NCBI GenBank assembly: GCA_963674965.2
Contig: CAXXFL010000004.1
Span: 288,001 to 352,000, forward strand
Length of the DNA stretch: 64,000 nucleotides
Source of the DNA: a bacterium
Lineage (GTDB): Bacteria; RBG-13-61-14; DATKZS01
Direction of reading: 5' to 3'
A program made the translations under genes and the position numbers. Positions 1 to 9,161 of this stretch are shown here, in pieces (within the stretch, counting starts at the first letter, position 1; each line of letters opens with the position of its first letter). The notes below the pieces were generated by a model. The model saw only the letters and a list, made by a program, of their open reading frames with translations. It ran no database searches and was not told where the DNA came from.

Positions 1-1068
1 GGGGACTCGGCCGGTGACCTGGACGGCGACGGCCTTTCCAACCTCTCCGAGTACGCCGCGGGGGCCGATCCCTGCGACCCGGACACGGACGACGACGGGC
101 TCTGCGACGGGGCCACCTCCCTTTTCGACGGCATGACCCCCATATGCGTGGCCGGGGAGGACATGGACGGAGACGGCGTGGTCGATCCCACCGAGACCGA
201 CCCGACCCTGGCCGACACCGACGGCGACGGCCTGGACGACCCGGGCGAGATCGACGCGGGGACCGACCCGCGCGACTGGGACACGGACGACGACTACCTG
301 CCGGACTGGTACGAGTTGGATAACGCGGGCCGGACGACGGACCCCCTCGATCCGCTCGACCCGAGCGACGGCCTCACGGCGGACTTCGACTCCGACGGCA
401 ACCCCAACTGCCACGAGTACTGGAACGGGACCGACCTGTGGACCGAGAACGTGGACGGCGGCACGGGCTGTTTCTGCTGGGCCGACTCGGGCAGCACCGT
501 CTCGGCCGACGGCATCATCTCTCCCCTCGACGTGAGCGCCCTCAGTTCCCGCGTTTCTCTTAAGAGCGTTTCCTATACCGGGATACTCCCCAATAACGGC
601 GACTCCCAGGAACTGGACATGGACGAGATCATCTCGCCCCTGGACCTTAGCGTCCTCAAGCAGATGGTCGCCCTTCAAACGACCGCGGGCAACCCGAGCA
701 TACCGGTCGAGATCGAACTGGTGGGGTCATCCACCATAACGGCGGACGTCGGGTCTACCGTGGGCATAACGGTGGGGGTGAAAAACGCGACGAAATACTC
801 GGCGGCCTTCGGCGTGATCTTCAAGATCGACGAGTCGTCCTCGACCGGAAGCGCCCACCTTCTCGGGGGAGAAGGCGAGGCCGGTGGGGGAAGATACGAC
901 GTCTCGGGCGCCATCGCCTCGGGTGGAAGGTCGTCGGTCACGGTCAGCGTCGAGGCGGCCGGGACCGTTTACGTAGACGTTACGCTGCCCGGATGCGGCG
1001 AGGACGGCAAAGGGAGGTATTTCCCGGGGCTGGCCGAGGATGGGCTGGTCACGATCATAGCTCAATAA
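1..1068 (+). CDS. C-terminal part (5' truncated by window) of a giant acidic surface protein: DxDxDG Ca-binding (TSP3-like) repeats, dockerin-like module, Ig-like C-terminal domain
   Basis: Frame is open from base 1 (GDSAGDLDGDGLSNLSEY...). Contains DTDGDG repeats and the paired loops DGIISPLDVSAL / DMDEIISPLDLSVL. Paralogous to the C-terminus of 1121-7240. Confidence 0.85.
   Translation, partial: GDSAGDLDGDGLSNLSEYAAGADPCDPDTDDDGLCDGATSLFDGMTPICVAGEDMDGDGVVDPTETDPTLADTDGDGLDDPGEIDAGTDPRDWDTDDDYLPDWYELDNAGRTTDPLDPLDPSDGLTADFDSDGNPNCHEYWNGTDLWTENVDGGTGCFCWADSGSTVSADGIISPLDVSALSSRVSLKSVSYTGILPNNGDSQELDMDEIISPLDLSVLKQMVALQTTAGNPSIPVEIELVGSSTITADVGSTVGITVGVKNATKYSAAFGVIFKIDESSSTGSAHLLGGEGEAGGGRYDVSGAIASGGRSSVTVSVEAAGTVYVDVTLPGCGEDGKGRYFPGLAEDGLVTIIAQ
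328..738 (+). repeat. 411-bp direct repeat, copy 1 (identical to 6497-6907)
   Basis: Base-by-base comparison by eye found no mismatch from ggccggacgacgg to ccaccata; offset 6169. Confidence 0.9.
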
Positions 1069-1120
1069 GGATTGAGTTCGGCATTTTTCTGGTCCCCGAG
1101 TGGGGAGGGGAGGAACGGCC

Positions 1121-4100
1121 ATGAGAATCGCGAGGACGATTTGGTTGGCCGCGTGCTTATTGGCCGCGGCCTGGACGGTATTCGCGGGCCAAGACGCGCG
1201 CGCCAAAAGTCTTTACATCGACGACTCGGCGGCCCCGGCCTCGGCCGGTCCCGGCGTCGAGTTCGAGGTGGCCGTCAACGTGGACATGGAATACGACACC
1301 CTCAAAAGTTATTCCATTCCCGTTTTCTATGACAGGACGGCCCTCGAGTTCATGAGCGCCAGGTCCGGTTCCGACCAGGAACTCGCGGCCCCCATCGCGG
1401 CTGACGGCTACTACTACGGTTACATCGAGACTCAGGACCAGTCGAACTACGCCCAGTCCTGTTCCTCGACCGGGCTTATCACCCTCATGTATCTTAAGTT
1501 CAGGATCCTGCCCGAGGCGGCCCCCGGCTATGGCGCCTATATTTACGTCGGCGACAGCGTGGAGTTGATCGACTGCTACAATGAGGACCAGACCCAGAGC
1601 CTGCCGCCCTGGCCCTGGGACGGCGCGACCGTTCTGGTGGCGGGCCCTCCCATCGGCTCCTACGGGGTAAATAACTTCATGGACCTCGACGGCGACGCCG
1701 CTCCCGACGAAACCGACGCCGAGACCCTGAGAAAAATCGTCTACAACCTGGTGGGCACGAACGAGTTGGGACTGTTGAGCGTCAACGCCAGGAACTGCGA
1801 CGTCAACGGAAACGCCGTGGCCGACGCCTACGACGTGGGCCGGTTCGACGCTCTTATCCGGCCGGTCCGGACCATCCACTCGGGAGACGACGGCCTGTGT
1901 CAGAGCCAGGCCCAGGGCGACGACGTCCAGGACGTCGAGGTGGGAAACGGCCTGCCCAACTCGCTGGGCGTGGGTCCCGGCTTCAACTGCGTGATCGACA
2001 CCTCGCCCTCCGGCGACGACGTCCTCTCCGGCAACCGCGTGTTGACCGGACTCAACGGGGTCTGCGAGACCGTGGCCCAGGGAGACGACGAACAGATAAT
2101 CCCCTACCAGGCCGGCTCGCCCCGGGGCCCGTGCGTTTCGCCCGGCCCCGACCAGACCCTGTCCACCGGGACCTCGGTGGACGACCAGATGGTGGAGGAC
2201 CCCAAGACCTATCTGGACATGCTCGACTTCGCCCCCGCCAAGGGAAACCCCTATTACATGGAGTTGATCGAGCCCGGCTCGACCGTGTACATGAGCTCGC
2301 CCAGGCCCACGCCCATCACCGTGGCCATCTACGACGAGAACGGCAAGCCCAAGACCGGCCTGTCGCCCATCTTCAGCGTCGAGAACACCAGCGGGGCCTT
2401 TCTTGACGGTTCCTCCACCGGGACCACCTACCTCAGCAACGTCGAGTCCGACTCTTACCAGGGACCCGAGGCCAAGGCCGAGGGACAAATCACGGTCATG
2501 TTCCTTCCCGGTACCGCAAACAACGGCTTGAACGTGGTCCAGATATATCTGCCCGGCGACTCGAGCAAGGACATACCCGATCTCGGGCCCCTTTACGCCA
2601 CCTTTAAGGTGTTCGATCAGCCCGAAAGGCATCCCACGCATCTTGCGATTTCGGCTCCTTTCCCCAGCGTGAACGTGGGCGAGGAGACGGAGCTTATCCT
2701 TACGCTCACGGACGGGTCCTATCCGGTGCACGGCATGGCGGACAGGATAAAGCTGACCTCGCGCCGGAACGTCCTGGCCGGCCAGGACCTGGCCAAGTTC
2801 GGCGACAGGCGCGTCACCACCCTGGCCCTCGAGGACTTCGAGAACCAGTCCTTTGGCGGTTTCCTTAACTACCCGGTGAGCGGCGAGCTGGCAATCGACT
2901 CGGACAAGGCCGGCTACTTCGGACATTACGCGGTCAGGGCGACCCACGAGACCGGGGGCGGGCCCTACATGGAGGCGTCCTATAACACCTCCGGGTACGA
3001 TGAAATACACGTTTCCTACCAGTGGGCCTTTCAACAGAACCTGAGCTTGCCCGTTTTCGACGCGCCCTTCATCGTCCAGTACTCGGACAACGGCAGCAAC
3101 TGGCGGGTCCTCAGAAAGGCCGACTCCTACGAGGACTACCAGGGAGGAAACGGCAAGTGGATTTCCGAGAGCTTTAACCTTTCCAATATCGAGGGGGTAA
3201 ACGACAACGTTTTATACCTCCGCTTCCTTTTCAACGTCGGGGCGGGGGATGGATACCCTCAATCCATATTCGTGGACAACGTCGGGATATACGGGGTAAA
3301 GACCATATTCGAGGAGGACTTCGAGAGCTACTCGGCCAACTATTTCCCCGGCGACACCCTCATGCTCATGAACTTCGTCAACTCCGGCGCCGACGGAATA
3401 CTGGACACTACTCCCCTGGCCTCGGACGACGCTCTTTTCGGACAGGGATACGGCAAGCCCAACTCGACCATCATCATCGGCGGCCTTAACGGCGTTATCG
3501 ACACCATGAGCGCCAACGACGACGTGGGAGGGGGCTTCGCGGTGACCTCCGGTCCCGACGGGGTGGCCGACACCTACGCCCAGGGCGACGACTTCCAGGT
3601 CATCGGCTACGGGGAGGGCGAGCCTTTCGCCCGGGCCATAGCTCCCGGCTCGGACCAGGCTCTGGACTCGACGAGCGTTTTGGGCGACGACCAGCTTGTG
3701 GGTTCCCTTGGCTCCAGGCCCCGGATCGAGGTCGTCTCGGACGTATATCCTTCCATAGGCCCCGGCCTGGGAGCTAACGGCTCGGACAAATTCCTTTTCA
3801 TCGGGCGCGAATATGACGGCTCGACCATCGAGACTTATTCCGCCGGCGTCCAGGCGGACCTGGCCGGTTACGACCAGGTCGAGCTCGAGTTCTACATCCT
3901 GTGTCCCAACCAGGCCGACGCGGGCGTTCCCAGCCAGGTCCCGCCCGTTCCGGCGCAGGAGACGGCCGTCGAGGTCAGCGACAACGGCGGCCATTCCTGG
4001 GTCAGGGTATGGGACAACGAGGGCTCGAACTCCGCTACCTGGTCCCGGCATGAGATCGTTCTCCAGGACGACGGCCGCTTCAACCTGACCGACGACCTGC

Positions 4101-7100
4101 TCATCCGGTGGGTGGCCACCATGGACGGGGCGGAAAGCGGCCCCGACCCGGACGGCGTTTACCTTGACAATATTAAAATCAAGGCCGTCGATCCCCTCCC
4201 CGACCGGTTCGGGCCGGTGGTGGACACGCTCGATTACAACGGGACCTACAAGGTCAAGATGAAGTCGAGCCTGGCCGGCTCGGCCGAGGTCTCGGCCATT
4301 TACTGGCCCGAGGTGGTTGACCACTCCCTCGGCGACGCGCCCGTTTTCGGCTCATCCGTCGCCAGCGTCCTCGTCAACCAATTAAAGGCGGACCCCCACA
4401 CGACCAAGCTCATTCCTTCCAGTTTCGAGTTCAAGGCCTGCGAGAGCAAAGAGTTCATGGTGGTGGGCGCCCTGACCACGACCCCCACCGGCCGGGTCGA
4501 GGACCTGACCGAGTATTACGACCTCAAGGTGGTGGGACCGGCCCGACAGACGGCCCCCGGCGTGGTGACGGCCGACTGTTTCCTGGGGGACGACAAGGTG
4601 GATATCTTCATTTTCGCCGAGCCCAACGTGGAGGGGCTATACGACCCGGGAGGAGGAGGATCGGGGTCCCAGACGGGCGACGTGTCGGGACGCGTATACA
4701 AGCCGACCTTCGCCGGCGCGGGGGACGCCCCCATCTGGCTGGACATAGGCGGCGGAGACGTCATCTATTCCCATACCGACTCGCAGGGGTTCCTCTTTTT
4801 TGGCGACGTGCCGGCGGGATCGGGCTACACGATAAAGTCGTCGCTCGAGGGTTACACCCAGAACTCGAAGACCATCACGGTCAACGCCGGGTCCAACACC
4901 TCGACCAGCATTATCCTGCAGTCGGGGGCCAACTTCGATGGGGACGCGCTTTCGGACTCGCTGGACACGGACAAGGACAATGACGGCGTTACCGACTCGG
5001 CCGAGTCGGGAGAGGGCTCGTCCAACTACGATCCCGACACCGACGGGGACGGCCGACCCGACTCGAGCGACGACTTCCCCAACGACCCTGACGAGTGGCT
5101 GGACACGGACGGGGACGGCACGGGCGACAACTCGGACACGGACGACGACGACGACGGTATTTCGGACTCGGAGGAGAGCGTTCCCGGCACGGACGGCTAC
5201 GTTACCGATCCTCTCGACCCGGACACGGACGGCGGGGGAGAGGAGGACGGCTCCGAGGTAAGCGGAAGCCGTGACCCGACGGACGACTCGGACGACTCGG
5301 GAGGTGACTCCGACTCGGACGGATTGATAGACGACTACGAGACCGACACGGGCACGTACGTGGGGCCCCAGAACACGGGATCGGACCCCTACGACTCGGA
5401 CAGCGACGACGACGGCCTGACGGACGGGGCCGAGGTCAACACCCACGAGACGGACCCGAACGAGGCGGACACGGACTCGGACGGCGTTTTCGACGACGTC
5501 GAGACCTCGGGCTGCATGGACCCGAACCTGGCCGACACGGACGGCGACGGCCTTAACGACGGGGTCGAGGACGGGGACACGGACGGGGTGGTGGACTCGG
5601 GCGAGACCGACCCCTGCGACGCGGACAGCGACGACGACGGGATACCCGACGGCTACGAGGTCCAGCACGGGTTGTCGGTCCTGGCCAACGACGCCGCCGG
5701 AGACCTTGACGGCGATTCCCTTACCAACCTGGCCGAGTACGGCTCCGGTACATCGGCCGACGACGCGGACAGCGACGACGACGGCATGGGCGACGGCTGG
5801 GAGGTCAAGGCCTCCTCCTGCGGTCTCGATCCCCTGGCGGGAGACTCGAGCTCGGACGCCGACGCCGACGGTCTCAAGAACCTTTACGAATACGTTCTGG
5901 GCGCCGATCCCTGCGACCACGACACCGACGGGGACGGGTTCTGCGACGGGGACACGGCCACGTACGACGGGGACACGGTCCTTTGCGTCGCGGGCGAGGA
6001 CATGGACGATGACGGGGTCCGCGACTCGGACGAGACGGACGCGACCAAGGCCGACACCGACGGCGACGGGCTTTGCGACGGCGACACCTCGGTGTACGAC
6101 GGCTCGACGCTGATCTGCTCTCGGGGGGAGGACCTTGACCGGGACAAGACGGTGGACCCGACCGAGACGGACCCGACGGTTTACGACACGGATGAGGACG
6201 GCCTCAGCGACGGCGTCGAGTACGGCCGCTCGACCGACCCCAGGGATTGCGACTCCGACGACGACGGGCTTTGCGACGGCGACGCCTCGGTGTACGACGG
6301 CTCGACCCTGATATGCTCGAGCGGCGAGGACCTGGACGGCGACGGCGCGGTCGACCCGGGCGAGACCGACCCGATGGACCCGGACACGGACGACGACGGC
6401 CTTAACGACGGGGAGGAATCGAATTACGGAGCCGATCCTCTGGACTGGGACACCGACGACGACGAGATACCCGACTATTACGAGGCGCTCAACTACGGCC
6501 GGACGACGGACCCCCTCGATCCGCTCGACCCGAGCGACGGCCTCACGGCGGACTTCGACTCCGACGGCAACCCCAACTGCCACGAGTACTGGAACGGGAC
6601 CGACCTGTGGACCGAGAACGTGGACGGCGGCACGGGCTGTTTCTGCTGGGCCGACTCGGGCAGCACCGTCTCGGCCGACGGCATCATCTCTCCCCTCGAC
6701 GTGAGCGCCCTCAGTTCCCGCGTTTCTCTTAAGAGCGTTTCCTATACCGGGATACTCCCCAATAACGGCGACTCCCAGGAACTGGACATGGACGAGATCA
6801 TCTCGCCCCTGGACCTTAGCGTCCTCAAGCAGATGGTCGCCCTTCAAACGACCGCGGGCAACCCGAGCATACCGGTCGAGATCGAACTGGTGGGGTCATC
6901 CACCATATCGGCCCAGGTGGGGTTCACCTGCCGGATAACGGTGGGAGTGCTAAACGCCTCGTCCAACTACACGGCCGCCATGGGCGTGATCTTCGAGCTT
7001 GACGGGGACAGCTCGACCGGCGACGCGGTGATACTCGGCGGCGAGGGGGGCGCGGGGGAAGGACGATACGACGTCTCGGGCGCCATCGCCTCGGGAGGAC

Positions 7101-7240
7101 GCTCGAGCGTGGTCCTCAGGATCGAGAGCGCGGGCACTATTTTCGTGGACGCCCGGCTTCCCGGATGCGGCTCGGGCGGAAAGGGACGCTACAGTCCCGG
7201 CGTGGCCAAAGCACGGGTGGCGACGGTTACCGCCGATTGA
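1121..7240 (+). CDS. Giant secreted multidomain surface protein (~2039 aa): signal peptide, cohesin-like, dockerin-like, Ig-like, two jelly-roll-like, carboxypeptidase-regulatory-like, DxDxDG repeats, C-terminal dockerin-like + Ig-like
   Basis: ATG 1121 follows a GGGGAGG SD; signal peptide ends ...QDARA. Cohesin-like pattern (EFEVAVNV..YSIPVFYDRTALEF..LMYLKFRI..DGATVLV). Dockerin-like DLDGDAAPDETDAETL..DVNGNAVADAYDVGRF. Long Asp-rich repeat region. Confidence 0.88.
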   Translation: MRIARTIWLAACLLAAAWTVFAGQDARAKSLYIDDSAAPASAGPGVEFEVAVNVDMEYDTLKSYSIPVFYDRTALEFMSARSGSDQELAAPIAADGYYYGYIETQDQSNYAQSCSSTGLITLMYLKFRILPEAAPGYGAYIYVGDSVELIDCYNEDQTQSLPPWPWDGATVLVAGPPIGSYGVNNFMDLDGDAAPDETDAETLRKIVYNLVGTNELGLLSVNARNCDVNGNAVADAYDVGRFDALIRPVRTIHSGDDGLCQSQAQGDDVQDVEVGNGLPNSLGVGPGFNCVIDTSPSGDDVLSGNRVLTGLNGVCETVAQGDDEQIIPYQAGSPRGPCVSPGPDQTLSTGTSVDDQMVEDPKTYLDMLDFAPAKGNPYYMELIEPGSTVYMSSPRPTPITVAIYDENGKPKTGLSPIFSVENTSGAFLDGSSTGTTYLSNVESDSYQGPEAKAEGQITVMFLPGTANNGLNVVQIYLPGDSSKDIPDLGPLYATFKVFDQPERHPTHLAISAPFPSVNVGEETELILTLTDGSYPVHGMADRIKLTSRRNVLAGQDLAKFGDRRVTTLALEDFENQSFGGFLNYPVSGELAIDSDKAGYFGHYAVRATHETGGGPYMEASYNTSGYDEIHVSYQWAFQQNLSLPVFDAPFIVQYSDNGSNWRVLRKADSYEDYQGGNGKWISESFNLSNIEGVNDNVLYLRFLFNVGAGDGYPQSIFVDNVGIYGVKTIFEEDFESYSANYFPGDTLMLMNFVNSGADGILDTTPLASDDALFGQGYGKPNSTIIIGGLNGVIDTMSANDDVGGGFAVTSGPDGVADTYAQGDDFQVIGYGEGEPFARAIAPGSDQALDSTSVLGDDQLVGSLGSRPRIEVVSDVYPSIGPGLGANGSDKFLFIGREYDGSTIETYSAGVQADLAGYDQVELEFYILCPNQADAGVPSQVPPVPAQETAVEVSDNGGHSWVRVWDNEGSNSATWSRHEIVLQDDGRFNLTDDLLIRWVATMDGAESGPDPDGVYLDNIKIKAVDPLPDRFGPVVDTLDYNGTYKVKMKSSLAGSAEVSAIYWPEVVDHSLGDAPVFGSSVASVLVNQLKADPHTTKLIPSSFEFKACESKEFMVVGALTTTPTGRVEDLTEYYDLKVVGPARQTAPGVVTADCFLGDDKVDIFIFAEPNVEGLYDPGGGGSGSQTGDVSGRVYKPTFAGAGDAPIWLDIGGGDVIYSHTDSQGFLFFGDVPAGSGYTIKSSLEGYTQNSKTITVNAGSNTSTSIILQSGANFDGDALSDSLDTDKDNDGVTDSAESGEGSSNYDPDTDGDGRPDSSDDFPNDPDEWLDTDGDGTGDNSDTDDDDDGISDSEESVPGTDGYVTDPLDPDTDGGGEEDGSEVSGSRDPTDDSDDSGGDSDSDGLIDDYETDTGTYVGPQNTGSDPYDSDSDDDGLTDGAEVNTHETDPNEADTDSDGVFDDVETSGCMDPNLADTDGDGLNDGVEDGDTDGVVDSGETDPCDADSDDDGIPDGYEVQHGLSVLANDAAGDLDGDSLTNLAEYGSGTSADDADSDDDGMGDGWEVKASSCGLDPLAGDSSSDADADGLKNLYEYVLGADPCDHDTDGDGFCDGDTATYDGDTVLCVAGEDMDDDGVRDSDETDATKADTDGDGLCDGDTSVYDGSTLICSRGEDLDRDKTVDPTETDPTVYDTDEDGLSDGVEYGRSTDPRDCDSDDDGLCDGDASVYDGSTLICSSGEDLDGDGAVDPGETDPMDPDTDDDGLNDGEESNYGADPLDWDTDDDEIPDYYEALNYGRTTDPLDPLDPSDGLTADFDSDGNPNCHEYWNGTDLWTENVDGGTGCFCWADSGSTVSADGIISPLDVSALSSRVSLKSVSYTGILPNNGDSQELDMDEIISPLDLSVLKQMVALQTTAGNPSIPVEIELVGSSTISAQVGFTCRITVGVLNASSNYTAAMGVIFELDGDSSTGDAVILGGEGGAGEGRYDVSGAIASGGRSSVVLRIESAGTIFVDARLPGCGSGGKGRYSPGVAKARVATVTAD
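6497..6907 (+). repeat. 411-bp direct repeat, copy 2 (identical to 328-738)
   Basis: Direct comparison with 328-738. Confidence 0.9.
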
Positions 7241-7265
7241 CGGATATGGAAGAAGAATATGGTCG

Positions 7266-7303
7266 ATTCCAGCCGGCCTCGAGGGGTCGGCTGGAATTTT
7301 TTT
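7266..7303 (+). terminator. Intrinsic terminator after the giant surface-protein genes
   Basis: attccagccggcc / ggtcggctggaat stem (one G-U pair) followed by a T7 run. Confidence 0.8.
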
Positions 7304-7413
7304 CTCTAAAGTGGAATAATATAAACGGAAGAGCGGCCCAACGCCCTTCAGCCGGTCCAAGGCGGATGAGCGAGTCGTTTACACGGGGACTTCAAAAGGA
7401 ACGCGCTGGCGGC

Positions 7414-8826
7414 ATGAAAACCCATAGCACAGGGGAACCGATCGAGTCGCAGGGCGGCGTCATCAGGGACACCATCCTGATTCTGGCCGGTGACCACGAT
7501 CTTCGCTCGAACATTCGCTCCTCCCTCGAGAGCGGCGTCAAGGACGTCGAGATAGCCGAGGCCCTCTCCGGCGACGATGGCTGGAACCGCGTCATCTCGG
7601 GGGGAGTGACGCTGGCCATTGTGGCCACCAGCGCGGGCGACACGCGGGCCATGGACTTCATGCACCGGGTCAAGCTCCACCGCCTGGGGGTGAAGACCAT
7701 CGTGATCTCGGGATCGGCCAGCGCCCAGGAGGTGGTCGAGCACATCAAGGCCGGGGCCCACGATTTCATCGAGCGTCCATTTTCCCCCGAGCACCTTGTC
7801 TCCAGCGCGAGCGAGATACTTGAGGTCCTTCGGCAGGAAAGGATCGAGATTCATAACGCCAGCCCGGCCTCGGACAAGGAACTTATCGGCAACGCCCCTC
7901 CCATCAGGACCATCCGGGACCTCATAGGCCAGGTCGCGCCGACCAACAGCACTATTCTCGTCACCGGCGAGTCGGGCACGGGCAAGGAGGTGGTGGCCCG
8001 GGCCATCCACCGGCGCAGCAAGCGCAACGGCCAGCCCTTCGTGGTGGTGGACTGTGGAGTGATCCCTGCCGGCCTGGTCGAGAGCGAGCTGTTCGGGTAC
8101 GTGTCGGGGGCCTTCACCGGGGCCTCGGGCGACAAGCGCGGCCTGCTCGAGCAGGCCCACAAGGGAACGGTTTTCCTGGACGAGGTGGGCGAGTTTCCCC
8201 TCGACCTCCAGGTCAAGCTGCTGCGGGTGCTCCAGGACGGGGAGATAAGGCGGGTGGGCTCGGACAAGGTTTCCAAGCTGGACCTTCGGGTGGTGGCGGC
8301 CACCAACAAGGAGCTCGAGCGGGAGGTGCGGCTCGGCCGCTTCCGCCAGGACCTTTATTACCGGCTGAACGTGGTCCACATCACCATGCCCCCCCTGCGG
8401 GACCGTTCCGAGGACATCGAGTCCTTCGTTCATTACTTCCTTCAGAAATACCAGGAAGAATACGGGCATAACATCCGGGGCATCACCCGCGGGTCCATGT
8501 CCATGTTCAGGAACTACGAGTGGCCCGGCAACATCCGGGAACTCGAGCATACCATGCTCCAGATCATGGCGCTGCACAACCGCAAGACCATCATCGAGGA
8601 GCGGGACCTTCCCATGTTCCTCGAGCGGCGCGGCCACGAGCGGCAGCGGCGCTTCCTCGAGGACGCCCTCGACCTCAAGCTTTCGCTCGACGACTACGCC
8701 CGCGAGTTCGTGCGCATGTTCGAGTCCGAGTACTCGGAAAAAGACCTGGCCGTGGCCCTGGGCATCACCACCAAGACCCTTTGGCAAAAGCGCAAGAAAT
8801 GGGGCATCCCGCGCAAGAAGGGCTAG
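7414..8826 (+). CDS. Sigma54-dependent enhancer-binding protein (NtrC/AtoC family) with atypical receiver domain
   Basis: Walker A GESGTGKE, GAFTGA loop, FLDEVGE, RFRQDLYYRLNV, WPGNIREL, C-terminal HTH-like segment. Start at ATG 7414 is inferred. Confidence 0.92.
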   Translation: MKTHSTGEPIESQGGVIRDTILILAGDHDLRSNIRSSLESGVKDVEIAEALSGDDGWNRVISGGVTLAIVATSAGDTRAMDFMHRVKLHRLGVKTIVISGSASAQEVVEHIKAGAHDFIERPFSPEHLVSSASEILEVLRQERIEIHNASPASDKELIGNAPPIRTIRDLIGQVAPTNSTILVTGESGTGKEVVARAIHRRSKRNGQPFVVVDCGVIPAGLVESELFGYVSGAFTGASGDKRGLLEQAHKGTVFLDEVGEFPLDLQVKLLRVLQDGEIRRVGSDKVSKLDLRVVAATNKELEREVRLGRFRQDLYYRLNVVHITMPPLRDRSEDIESFVHYFLQKYQEEYGHNIRGITRGSMSMFRNYEWPGNIRELEHTMLQIMALHNRKTIIEERDLPMFLERRGHERQRRFLEDALDLKLSLDDYAREFVRMFESEYSEKDLAVALGITTKTLWQKRKKWGIPRKKG

Positions 8827-8945
8827 TCCGAAATCGACTTCCTCCCCGGCGGTCTTTTCCCATCGGCCTTTGGCTTGTTCCGGCGCCGGCTATCCTTGTC
8901 CGCGAGCCGGGCCGATGCTATATTCTTTTCGTCAGGAGGTCATAA

Positions 8946-9161
8946 ATGGAAATCATCTGCGAAAACTGCGGCTTCGTCCACAAGGAGGACCCCGGCAAAT
9001 TTTGCGAGCGTTGCGGCCGGGTGCTCGAGCGCTTCCACATGGCGGAGGAGGGTGACGACTCGAACGACCATATCCGTTGCGGCAAGTGCGGCATGAGAAA
9101 CACGGCCGACGTAAACGTCTGCCAGAACTGCGGGGAGTTACTGCATAAGCCGAATTTTTGA
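8946..9161 (+). CDS. Small double zinc-ribbon protein
   Basis: Four CxxCG motifs in 71 aa; AGGAGG SD upstream. Confidence 0.85.
   Translation: MEIICENCGFVHKEDPGKFCERCGRVLERFHMAEEGDDSNDHIRCGKCGMRNTADVNVCQNCGELLHKPNF

Noticed and set aside
1157-6847. Long antisense ORFs (625, 370 and 736 aa) opposite the giant gene, and similar ones opposite most genes
   Set aside because: Shadow ORFs caused by GC-rich codon bias; no motifs, and they fully overlap well-supported genes.
328-6907. DGR template/variable repeat pair
   Set aside because: The copies are identical, with no adenine-specific mismatches, and there is no reverse transcriptase in the window.
1-7240. True cellulosome
   Set aside because: No glycoside hydrolase or multi-cohesin scaffoldin is recognisable in the window; only one cohesin-like domain is seen.
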